DNA of 64,000 bases from positions 1 to 64,000 of IMG/VR virus record IMGVR_UViG_3300045988_155830; one strand, given 5' to 3'. The position numbers were made by a program, and so were the translations under genes. The stretch's first letter is position 1; the number at the start of each line of letters is the position of its first letter. Below the pieces are notes generated by a model. That model searched no databases, was not told the DNA's origin, and was given only the letters and a program-made list of their open reading frames with translations. This DNA comes from a virus. Positions 16,972 through 25,415 of the stretch are shown piece after piece.

Positions 16972-19218
16972 ATGAAGAATTTCAAATTAACAGAACTTGA
17001 TAAGATTTTGCTACGCCGTAAGCATTCAGTGATGTTTGAACCTGCTAATATGGCTTATGAGCAGAGCAAGACAGAAAAAGCACTCGTTGTTTCCGGCTTG
17101 AAAAATGTTCAGGCTCTTGGATTTACATTTTCAAAGGAACTTATTGAAAAAGCATTTCATTTTACAAGAGATGAGTTTACTGCTTTCTATGGTTTCCTTA
17201 TCCCTGCACTTAAAGAACTTGTTGGTGCGGATGTTGCATATAATCCAATGTACCCGAACTTTCCACAGCAGGTTGCAGAAGCAAGTGACATTGAGTTATT
17301 CATCAATGCAATCGTTCATTACTGGTCATTTGGCACATTGATTCCCGAATACGAAAAAAATGAGCGTTTACCGCTTATTGATGACAATAAAATGGCTCTT
17401 TTATCAGTAGGAAGTCACGATGATTTGATGACTATTTTCACAAATCTTGTTGAGAGCAAGACATCAATCTCGGAGCAGGACAAAGAGGACATTGAAACTA
17501 TCATTCTTGCTTGTCCTGATTATACTACATATTTTTCTGATACAATCCCTCTTAAAGAGAATGTTGCGTTCGTTGGAAAACTCATTATTGAAAAAGCACC
17601 AATCAAAAGCGCCGATTCAATAAGCAAATACTTCAAGACCGCAACGGATGTTTTACGACTTGTAACAGCACTTTCCGATGGCGACATTAGCCTTGCTTCA
17701 AAAACCAAGTACCGAAATCTTCGTAGGGTTGAACGCCGTATGATTATGGACTTGCTTACTGGCTGTGGTAACATAACAGAGGATTTATTCCGTTATCAGT
17801 ATGAATGGATTAGAGTTGCAGAAATTCTTCATCCGTTTGAATATAAAAAATCAAAGTATAGCAATGTCAACGCTGCATTCAATACTTTAAGAAACGAGAA
17901 AAAGCCTCTTATGTTTGCAGGAAAGGTTCAGGCAGCAATTACCGCAAAAGATATGCGTGAAGCTGCCACCTTGTTAAAAGCAAGACCCGGAGAGTTCGCA
18001 AGGAAACTTGACAAACTTATTCGTGATGCAGATAATCCGAATTATATTGTCAACTGTTTTAAGGAAGTTGCAACAGAAATCTCAACTCCTGTACTCCTTC
18101 AGGTAAGACAGCATTTCATAGGAAGAATGGAGAATGATAATCAGCCTGTAAGAGTATTCTTTCCTAAAGGAAACCTTGCAAAAGCTATGGTTATCAGAAA
18201 TGAACTTCCCAAAATCAATAGAAATGTATGTAAAAATGTTGCAAGGATTTGCCGTGAGGCTTTAATTGAACAGTACAAGGAAAAAGATTTTCTCGGAAAG
18301 GTTTATATTGATGAGGATTTCAAAAATTACCTTGTTCCGTTTAGTCAGAGAAGTGCAAGTAAGGCTGTTAAGACCATTGTTCGTGGTAGTAAGTTGCCTA
18401 TTAAGAAAGATGCTACGACTGTTCGTGGTTTTATTTGGTGGACTAATACTGATAACACGAGAAATGGCTGGGGTGAAGATAGGGTTGATATTGACCTTTC
18501 TGCAACCATTTATGATGAAAATTGGCAGTATGTTGACCGTGTATCATACACACAACTTCGCTCTGCAAAATATAGAGCATATCATTCGGGCGATATTACC
18601 AATGGCGGAAATGTTAATGGTGATGGCGTAGCAGAGTTCATTGATGTAGAAATTGATGCAGTTGCTAAAAACGCTGGTAGATACATTGCATTTCAGGTTT
18701 ATAGTTTTACACGACAGCATTTTTCTACGCTTCCTAATTGCCGTTTTGGATGGATGGAAAGAGAAGATGTAAACAGCGGTGAAATATTTGAGCCGAAAAC
18801 GGTTGGAATGAAAATTGACTTAACTGCTGACAGCACTGTTGCTATACCCGTTATATTCGATTGCGTTGAGCGTAAATTCATTTGGTGTGATATGAACCTT
18901 CAGAATGCAAGTTCGAGGTTTTATGGAAATAATCTTGAAAGTAATTTACACGGTGTAACCGCAACTTGCTATGGCTTAACACATCTTAATAAGGCAAATA
19001 TTTATGACCTCATAATGATGAACGCTGTTGCAAGAGGTAGTATTGTCACAGATAGAAATGAAGCAGACATCATTTTCAGTAATGATACAACAGTACCTTA
19101 TGAAATTGTAAATGAGCTTGACGAGGTTACGGGTACTACAAAACCTGTTATAAAGGAGAAGCCAGAAGTTCCGATTATCACGGCTTTCGATACCGATGAA
19201 TTATTTGCCTTGTTATAA
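16972..19218 (+). CDS. large protein (748 aa) with a TerD-like domain
   Basis: Region DIDLSATIYDENWQYVDRVSYTQLRS...YHSGDITNGGNVNGDGVAEFIDVEIDAV..RYIAFQVYSF matches the TerD consensus (HSGDn.tG.g.GDdE.i.vdL...rivf.v.iy); the N-terminal roughly 450 aa are unassigned. Confidence 0.5.
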   Translation: MKNFKLTELDKILLRRKHSVMFEPANMAYEQSKTEKALVVSGLKNVQALGFTFSKELIEKAFHFTRDEFTAFYGFLIPALKELVGADVAYNPMYPNFPQQVAEASDIELFINAIVHYWSFGTLIPEYEKNERLPLIDDNKMALLSVGSHDDLMTIFTNLVESKTSISEQDKEDIETIILACPDYTTYFSDTIPLKENVAFVGKLIIEKAPIKSADSISKYFKTATDVLRLVTALSDGDISLASKTKYRNLRRVERRMIMDLLTGCGNITEDLFRYQYEWIRVAEILHPFEYKKSKYSNVNAAFNTLRNEKKPLMFAGKVQAAITAKDMREAATLLKARPGEFARKLDKLIRDADNPNYIVNCFKEVATEISTPVLLQVRQHFIGRMENDNQPVRVFFPKGNLAKAMVIRNELPKINRNVCKNVARICREALIEQYKEKDFLGKVYIDEDFKNYLVPFSQRSASKAVKTIVRGSKLPIKKDATTVRGFIWWTNTDNTRNGWGEDRVDIDLSATIYDENWQYVDRVSYTQLRSAKYRAYHSGDITNGGNVNGDGVAEFIDVEIDAVAKNAGRYIAFQVYSFTRQHFSTLPNCRFGWMEREDVNSGEIFEPKTVGMKIDLTADSTVAIPVIFDCVERKFIWCDMNLQNASSRFYGNNLESNLHGVTATCYGLTHLNKANIYDLIMMNAVARGSIVTDRNEADIIFSNDTTVPYEIVNELDEVTGTTKPVIKEKPEVPIITAFDTDELFALL

Positions 19219-19292
19219 TTTATGAGGTGAATATTATAGTTAAGGTATGGAACAAACGGAAGGCTATATTAGTGAAATAAAATGAAATTATT

Positions 19293-19995
19293 GTGGCTGT
19301 GGACTTTCTTCCTTCTAAAAGAAAATAATTTCGATGGTTTAGCCATCTACATAATGATGATAAGATAGAAAGTCCGATTTCCACTATTCATAATTTGTGG
19401 CTGTAATGCTCATCCTTCTACATAATATCAAGAACTGCAAATTCTTCTAAAAAGAGTATTAAATTCCCACACCTCTTTCTAAATATTATGTGGCTATTGT
19501 TTTTTCATCCTTCTATGCCAATAGGCACTTGATTTGGGATTAAGATTTTAGAGAAACAAATTTCCACAATACAAAATATGCGGCTGACCAACATCATCCT
19601 TCTATATATCAGGGAACTATGTGTCGTGGGTTCGACTCCCACCATTCCATCTTCGATGGGATGTCGCACAGTTGGTAGTGCAATAGTATTATTAGATGTT
19701 AAAATTACCGCATCAAATAAATTTCAAATAATTAGAAATAATATTGAGAAAAACACTTGACAAATAGTAAAATGTGTGCTATAATATCTAATGTAAGTTA
19801 AATAAACATTCGGCTGTTGAGGTTCATCCTTCTACCTATTAGGAATAGACTTTTAATCTATATATTATAAGAACCTCAAATTTCTGAATATAAGCTGGCT
19901 GAAAGGTTTCATCCTTCTTCAAATACATAATACCAAGCTGCTAATCGTGGGTTCGATTCCCACCTATCTACATTGCTGGTAGTCGCCAAGAGGTA
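19293..19995 (+). repeat. array of about 90-110-nt degenerate tRNA-like units, each beginning with the conserved motif GGCTG-N8-(T)CATCCTTCTA (copies B-G)
   Basis: Motif copies at 19295-19317, 19399-19420, 19492-19515, 19582-19604, 19812-19834 and 19897-19919; units E and G contain a perfect T-arm (gtgggttcgactcccac / gtgggttcgattcccac) followed by a D-arm (gcacagttggtagtgc / gccaagaggtaaggc); unit F contains a Lys-type anticodon arm (atagacttttaatctat); none folds as a complete tRNA. Confidence 0.55.
19757..19785 (+). promoter_or_regulatory. sigma-70-type promoter TTGACA-17-TATAAT inside the tRNA-like array, preceded by the conserved intergenic motif
   Basis: TTGACA at 19757-19762 and TATAAT at 19780-19785. 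Confidence 0.55.
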
Positions 19996-20226
19996 AGGCA
20001 GCAGCCCTAAAATCAAAGAGACCGAAATTTCCAGCATCAAGAAACATTATTGAGCAAAACAAAATACGATAACTACAAAACCTAATCAGAATTTTTCACC
20101 TCTTTCTCTCCTTTCTATGTTTTTGCGTGTTTCATAAGATAAATTAAGAGTATTTTTTTTGTCTGATTAAAACCTGTTTAACAGGGGGCAAAGTTAGATA
20201 GATAAAGGTCTTTGCCATATACATAT

Positions 20227-20304
20227 GCGCCGATAGTTCAGTTGGAACAGAATGCTTGACTACGAATCAAGAGGTCGCAGGTTCGAGTCCTGCTCGGCGT
20301 GCCA
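20227..20304 (+). tRNA. tRNA-Arg (anticodon ACG), CCA encoded
   Basis: Acceptor gcgccga/tcggcgt; anticodon stem cttga/tcaag with loop ctacgaa; T-arm gcaggttcgagtcctgc. Confidence 0.75.
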
Positions 20305-20322
20305 AGAGTGAAAATTTAATAT

Positions 20323-20409
20323 GCTGGTATGATGGAATTGGCAGACATAGCGGACTTAAAATCCGCTGGCTGCAAAGCCGTGTCGGTTCGAGTCCGACTA
20401 CCAGCACCA
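20323..20409 (+). tRNA. tRNA-Leu (anticodon TAA), type II, CCA encoded
   Basis: Acceptor gctggta/taccagc; anticodon stem gcgga/tccgc with loop cttaaaa; long variable arm; T-arm tcggttcgagtccga. Confidence 0.8.
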
Positions 20410-20519
20410 CTAATTATTTAGGAAAGCAGTGATAATAAATTAAACAAGTTCCATTATATGAATTATTAAATGATGAACAATTTATTGATTGCTTTAATAA
20501 ATCTAATAGTTACACAGAA

Positions 20520-20810
20520 TTGTATCTTAATATTGGCTATTCATCTGCCAAACCAGTTAAGCCATCGAAAATAATTGGTATTAAAGAAAGAATCAAAGAA
20601 CTTGGTTTAGATGAGCATAAATTAAGTAATCGTAATTATTATAAGAAAAGTAAATATATAAACAAACATCTAAATTTTGTTTTAGACCACATTGACGGAA
20701 ACGCTTCAAACAATCGAGAAAATAATCTCCGATTGATATGTCCAAATTGTGATTCTCAATTAGACACATATAAATCTAAAAATAAAAATTCAGCAAGACA
20801 ATATAGATGA
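20520..20810 (+). CDS. HNH homing-endonuclease-like protein (short)
   Basis: HIDGNASNNRENNLRLICPNCD matches the HNH motif; located in the tRNA cluster. Confidence 0.5.
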   Translation: MYLNIGYSSAKPVKPSKIIGIKERIKELGLDEHKLSNRNYYKKSKYINKHLNFVLDHIDGNASNNRENNLRLICPNCDSQLDTYKSKNKNSARQYR

Positions 20811-20816
20811 TAATAT

Positions 20817-20906
20817 GGCGAGTTGACAGAGTATGGCTTATTGTGCTTAACTTGAAATTAAGCGGCGGTAACACGCCCGTGGGTTCAAATCCTACACTCG
20901 CCGCCA
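20817..20906 (+). tRNA. tRNA-Ser (anticodon TGA), type II, CCA encoded
   Basis: Acceptor ggcgagt/actcgcc; anticodon stem cttaa/ttaag with loop cttgaaa; long variable arm; T-arm gtgggttcaaatcctac. Confidence 0.75.
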
Positions 20907-21520
20907 ACATCCTGTTGGCGTAACAGGTTGGTTGAGAACCGACTCTCACGACCAATACCAAAAGTATAAAAGCCTCTTAACAATGCTCACTATTATGAAA
21001 AAGTTGGTTATTAAAATATTGCTGTCGCTGCGAATATAGGTGGGGTAAACATACTTTCATATGCAAATCGCAAAATCCTCATTAGCGAACTCCGTGGAAG
21101 CTGCTCCTATGGCTGATGGCTTCTGACAGCAACTATATAAATGAGAAGAAAGAAACTCTCTGTTTAGGGTGAAATGATATATCTCTAATCGGTGCTGACA
21201 CCTATCAGACATTTATATGGCGTTACGCCCTCTACCGATACGATAACTCGGGGTAACACAATGGTGAGGGAATTATAAATACGAGAGTGCAGGAATAACG
21301 AGTAGTCATTCAAAGGAATTGCAGTAAATGATTGTGCATTTATAACGAACTGCAAGAGTGAATGTATGAACAATGAATGACGGTGACTAAATATCAGTTA
21401 GTAATGGCAATATGAGGCGAGGATGTGGTGCGGCTATGCAAACCAACTCACAGTGTTTCGGCATAGAGTAGTTGAACTGTTGCTAACTGGTATTGAAATC
21501 ACTTTAGAAAGGAGAGAACA
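20907..21520 (+). ncRNA. candidate large structured ncRNA (about 600 nt, ORF-free) directly 3' of tRNA-Ser
   Basis: No + strand ORF; GC content visibly higher than the flanks; numerous local hairpins; this placement (after tRNAs in a phage) is typical of ROOL/GOLLD-class RNAs, but that is not verified. Confidence 0.35.
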
Positions 21521-21522
21521 AA

Positions 21523-21792
21523 ATGTTTTATAATGTAATAATCGGAAGTCCGATTGTAGAACCTAAAACATTGATTGCTCTTGATGATATAGATTGGGAA
21601 ACTAATGAAAAAGAAAAGACATTATTTACCGATACAAGATTTCTTCCGGCAATTATGAAAGAAGCCGGAATAGTGAAATCAATCGGAGAAGTTAGAAAGA
21701 ATAAGCCCGAACTTGTTTTTACTCTTAATGAACTTGATTGTTTATGGATTAAATGGGGCAAGAAGTTTCTCTATATTGTAGTCGGTAATTGA
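21523..21792 (+). CDS. hypothetical protein (89 aa)
   Basis: GGAGAG RBS upstream of the ATG. Confidence 0.45.
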   Translation: MFYNVIIGSPIVEPKTLIALDDIDWETNEKEKTLFTDTRFLPAIMKEAGIVKSIGEVRKNKPELVFTLNELDCLWIKWGKKFLYIVVGN

Positions 21793-22018
21793 TTGGAAAT
21801 CTATTATAAATAAAGATAAATTTGCGGAATTGATAAATGAAATATTTATAAGCGGCGTTGCTTATGGTATGGCTTATCAAACAAAAGTGATGCAGAGAAA
21901 TATCATATTATTGATGAAAAACAGATAAAATTTTATTTAGTGATTTTTAGTTAATGATTTGGCTATTTCTTTTTATCCAAGTGCGATTATTCCATCTGCT
22001 TTGAAAAATAAATGAATT

Positions 22019-22101
22019 GCTGGTGTGGTGGAATGGCAGACACGGCAGACTCAAAATCTGTTGCTATAAGCGTGCGAGTTCAAATCTCGCCACCAGCACC
22101 A
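22019..22101 (+). tRNA. tRNA-Leu (anticodon CAA), type II, CCA encoded
   Basis: Acceptor gctggtg/caccagc; anticodon stem gcaga/tctgt with loop ctcaaaa; T-arm gcgagttcaaatctcgc. Confidence 0.75.
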
Positions 22102-22103
22102 AA

Positions 22104-22197
22104 GGTTCATTGGTCAAGCGGTTAAGACACTGGCGGAGGTATGTAGTGTAAATCAGGCACACTGCCGGAGACATAGGTTCAAATCCTATATGAGCCA
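22104..22197 (+). tRNA. aberrant tRNA-like gene (94 nt) with an approximately 29-nt insertion or 9-nt loop in the anticodon region; no CCA
   Basis: Acceptor ggttcat/atgagcc; D-arm gtcaagcggttaagac; T-arm ataggttcaaatcctat; the region between D- and T-arms is 44 nt with nested stems ctggc/gccgg and agtgt/acact. Confidence 0.4.
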
Positions 22198-22253
22198 TAG
22201 ATAATCCTATTTCGTTGTTAAGTGTGGCTGACACTTTCAAAAACAGCCAATAT

Positions 22254-22329
22254 AGCAGGATAGAGAAGTGGTTATCTCGTCAGCCTCATAAGCTGAAAAT
22301 CGTGGGTTCAAATCCCACTCCTGCAACCA
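22254..22329 (+). tRNA. tRNA-Met (anticodon CAT), CCA encoded
   Basis: D-arm gagaagtggttatctc; anticodon stem tcagc/gctga with loop ctcataa; T-arm gtgggttcaaatcccac; a 1-72 A-A mismatch in the acceptor. Confidence 0.65.
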
Positions 22330-22357
22330 CAAAAAATAATAATAAGGAGTTATGATT

Positions 22358-22477
22358 ATGGATAATGTAAAAACTTGTCCTATGTGCGGACAGAGAATTG
22401 CTACATACAAACACAAACTAAATAAGGTTCTTATTTCTGCTTTGTTCAAATTAAGAGACCACAGCGGAATTGGTTGA
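22358..22477 (+). CDS. small zinc-ribbon protein (39 aa)
   Basis: Strong RBS AAGGAG 7 nt upstream; CPMCGQ motif. Confidence 0.35.
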   Translation: MDNVKTCPMCGQRIATYKHKLNKVLISALFKLRDHSGIG

Positions 22478-22705
22478 TAAAGAGGGTTGCATTTATATCC
22501 TTAATGAACTTGGCAGAAGGTTTCTTGAAAACAAAGCAAAGGTTTCTGTCGAGGTTTATATAAAACACGGACAGTTAATATGAACTTCTAATATGATATA
22601 TGCAAACTATATGCAAACCAAGTAGATGCTTATATTCAAGTAAAGGAAGAATGGAAAGAGCAAGCAGCTACGGCATAATATAATTCAAAAAAAGAGGATG
22701 AGAGT

Positions 22706-23515
22706 ATGAAATATGATGCATTTGATAAAAGAATGAAAAAGTATGAATTTGTGTCGAGACACTATTTGACAACTCGTACTCCTGTTATTATCCGAATTGA
22801 CGGTAAAACGTTTCATACATTCACAAGAGGTTTTCAAAGACCTTTCGATGATGTACTTTCTAAAACTATGCAGGAGACAATGAAATATCTTTGTGAAAAT
22901 ATTCAAGGTTGTGTTCTTGGATATACACAATCAGATGAGATTACTCTTGTCCTTGTTGATTACAAGAATATAGATACTTCTGCTTGGTTTGATTACAATA
23001 TCCAAAAGTGTGCGAGTGTTGCAGCAAGTATGGCAACAATGGCTTTTAATAAATTTTTCAATAACAGAGCCAATAATTATATAAATTCAGTTTTAGAACT
23101 CCAAGATACAGATATTCCATCCGAATTAGAATATATTAAGATACTTAAAAGAGCAATAGATAAAGGTGCAATGTTTGATGCTCGTGTATTCAATATTCCA
23201 AAAGATGAGGCTTGCAATAATTTACTTTGGAGACAGAATGATGCCACAAGGAACTCAATTCAGATGGTTGGCAGAGCATCTTTCTCTCACAAGCAATTAA
23301 ATAAAAAATCCACAAGCAATATTCAGGATATGCTTATGCTTGAAAAAGGCGTAAACTGGAATGATTATCCTACAAAATATAAGAGAGGTAGCTGTTGTAT
23401 TCGTAAGACTGATGAGACAACAGGTAGAAGTAAATGGATTATTGATAATGAAATTCCTATCTTTAAGGGAGATGGTCGAAAGTATGTCAATGATTTAATA
23501 TATGTGGGCGAGTAA
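22706..23515 (+). CDS. Thg1-like protein (tRNA-His guanylyltransferase family 3'-5' polymerase)
   Basis: VIIRIDGKTFHTFT and VLGYTQSDEITLVLV match the Thg1/TLP signatures (RIDGRxFHxF; GQSDEYSF); RBS GAGGATG upstream. Confidence 0.75.
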   Translation: MKYDAFDKRMKKYEFVSRHYLTTRTPVIIRIDGKTFHTFTRGFQRPFDDVLSKTMQETMKYLCENIQGCVLGYTQSDEITLVLVDYKNIDTSAWFDYNIQKCASVAASMATMAFNKFFNNRANNYINSVLELQDTDIPSELEYIKILKRAIDKGAMFDARVFNIPKDEACNNLLWRQNDATRNSIQMVGRASFSHKQLNKKSTSNIQDMLMLEKGVNWNDYPTKYKRGSCCIRKTDETTGRSKWIIDNEIPIFKGDGRKYVNDLIYVGE

Positions 23516-23516
23516 T

Positions 23517-23714
23517 ATGAGCTATCGCAGAAGTCAGGAAAGAAATCGTAGACTTAAAAACTTTATAATGAAACTAAGAATTTATATGGTGCTGGTGCTT
23601 GGTATGACGAGGAAAAAGGAAGATATACAAAATATTCTTGCGGTGGCAGGAAATATAAAAAGTATCTTAAAAAAATATCAAGCAAGAAAGCACGCAAATA
23701 TAAAGGGGATATGA
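23517..23714 (+). CDS. hypothetical basic protein
   Basis: ORF from the track trimmed to its first in-frame ATG; weak support. Confidence 0.3.
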   Translation: MSYRRSQERNRRLKNFIMKLRIYMVLVLGMTRKKEDIQNILAVAGNIKSILKKYQARKHANIKGI

Positions 23715-23738
23715 GACATTGCGATTACAAGAGAACAT

Positions 23739-24626
23739 TTGATTATTGGTGGGAGTTATTTTAATGAGAAGATTATTCATAAAATGAATATTTATACTAC
23801 ATATTTTGCAAATATTCGCCATTTGCCAAAAAGTATTATACCAGTTTCAATAGCTGGAAAACCGCCCGAAAAATGGGATGGAATTGAGTATAAGAAATTA
23901 GCACCTAAATGGAGTTTCTTTTCCGAGTGGAAAAAAACTAAAAATAACGATTATTATATTGAACATTTTTATGATGAAGTATTAAGTAGTCTTACTCCAC
24001 AAAATGCAATTGATGAACTAAATAAAATTAGTTCTAATAATGATAACAAAGATATTGCCCTTGTGTGTTACGAAATTCCAAGAGATTTTTGCCACAGACA
24101 TATTGTTTCCGGTTGGTTAAATCGTAATGGGGGATATTGTGTAAAAGAATATATTGATATGAATTCTATAAAAGATACAGATGACGGAATTACACATATC
24201 AATATTTATAGTAAAGGCAAAACTGATTTAGGAAAAATGTTAAGTAACTTTTATAAGTTTCCTATACATACAGATGACGGTGATTTTCTATCAGTTGAGG
24301 GATATTGGTATTGGTTATCTATTGATGATTCGGTGAGAGAAAGAGAAGAATTACGTTATTTATATGGATTTAATGCTAAAAGCAGAGGTAAAGAAATCTT
24401 AAAAGAAACAAATGATGGTAAAAGTAGTAGATTTGAGCCTGACTTTGAAAATAAGATTCTAAAAGCTATTTGGTATAAATTAAGAAGAAATGCAAATCTA
24501 TTAACACCTGAATATCGGAGATTACCAATAGTTCATTATTATTGTTATGGTGGAAAGGTTGTTGATGTTACAAGTAAATATCAATGGTTAATAGACGGAA
24601 TTACTAAAATGAGAGATTACTTATAA
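23739..24626 (+). CDS. hypothetical protein (295 aa)
   Basis: Long ORF; start uncertain. Confidence 0.45.
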   Translation: MIIGGSYFNEKIIHKMNIYTTYFANIRHLPKSIIPVSIAGKPPEKWDGIEYKKLAPKWSFFSEWKKTKNNDYYIEHFYDEVLSSLTPQNAIDELNKISSNNDNKDIALVCYEIPRDFCHRHIVSGWLNRNGGYCVKEYIDMNSIKDTDDGITHINIYSKGKTDLGKMLSNFYKFPIHTDDGDFLSVEGYWYWLSIDDSVREREELRYLYGFNAKSRGKEILKETNDGKSSRFEPDFENKILKAIWYKLRRNANLLTPEYRRLPIVHYYCYGGKVVDVTSKYQWLIDGITKMRDYL

Positions 24627-24671
24627 ATCATTATTAAATGACAGTTTTATTATTAAAAAGGAGATTAAATT

Positions 24672-25358
24672 ATGTCATATACAAAGAGAACAGAAAACAA
24701 TGTTTCAAATGAGAAATTTGTAGAAATTAAATGTAATATTGCATCAGCAAAAAATGTCAATAATTCAACTTTTACAATAGGTAGCTATGATTTTGATACG
24801 GCATTGATGCATCCTTCAAGCATACACTTTGGTAAAGTTCAAGATGGTGCAAAAACTTATATTGATAAGAATTACAGCAAAGGTATTCGTATTATTTATA
24901 ACGGTCTGTGGGGAATGGGTACTGCAACTAATGTAATTATTCCTCACATCAAAGATGTTCAGGTTATCAAAGATAGAGTTGTCATTGTAAGTTTTGCTGA
25001 TGACTCGCAAGAAAAAGCTGTGCTTGATAGTGCTGATACTTTCTCTTTGGAGCAGGGCATTTCGATTTGCATTACAAAGAAAATGCTTTCAATGGAGACA
25101 AACGGAAACGGAAGTTCGGCATATAACAAACTTATTAACCATTGCTTGAAAGTGTATGAGAACAGCCGAAAGACAGAAGAAAAAGCAAAAGCAGAAGAAC
25201 AGACTGCAAAAGAAAAGGAAAAGAAAGCAGCAGATAAGGCAAGAGCAAAGAGAATTAAGAAAGCCAACAAGAATCGTGAAAGAGAGATTGAAATTCAAAA
25301 AGAAGCATATCTCCGTGCAATGAGAGAATTCGGCGGCAATTCTGCTGTTAATGACTAA
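24672..25358 (+). CDS. hypothetical protein with a Lys/Glu-rich C-terminus
   Basis: RBS AAGGAG; 228-aa ORF. Confidence 0.5.
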   Translation: MSYTKRTENNVSNEKFVEIKCNIASAKNVNNSTFTIGSYDFDTALMHPSSIHFGKVQDGAKTYIDKNYSKGIRIIYNGLWGMGTATNVIIPHIKDVQVIKDRVVIVSFADDSQEKAVLDSADTFSLEQGISICITKKMLSMETNGNGSSAYNKLINHCLKVYENSRKTEEKAKAEEQTAKEKEKKAADKARAKRIKKANKNREREIEIQKEAYLRAMREFGGNSAVND

Positions 25359-25415
25359 TTAAGCATAGGGAGTGTGAAATATCACTCCCTTTAATTTATG
25401 AGGTAATAGCAAAGA

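Noticed and set aside
19293-19390. Hammerhead-like core (TGATGA ... GAAA) in unit B of the tRNA-like array
   Set aside because: No helix II can form between the boxes and the flanking stems do not match any hammerhead topology; a chance match.
16728-19995. Ro60/TROVE protein plus Y-RNA (YrlA) module hypothesis for the 748-aa protein and the tRNA-like units
   Set aside because: The protein's recognisable segment is a TerD domain, not a TROVE/vWA pair. The units lack the GGUCCGA-type Ro-binding helix of Y RNAs.
20776-20961. Minus-strand 61-aa ORF
   Set aside because: It overlaps tRNA-Ser (20817-20906) antisense.
22237-22449. Minus-strand 70-aa ORF
   Set aside because: It overlaps tRNA-Met and the small + strand zinc-ribbon gene; antisense to the tRNA.
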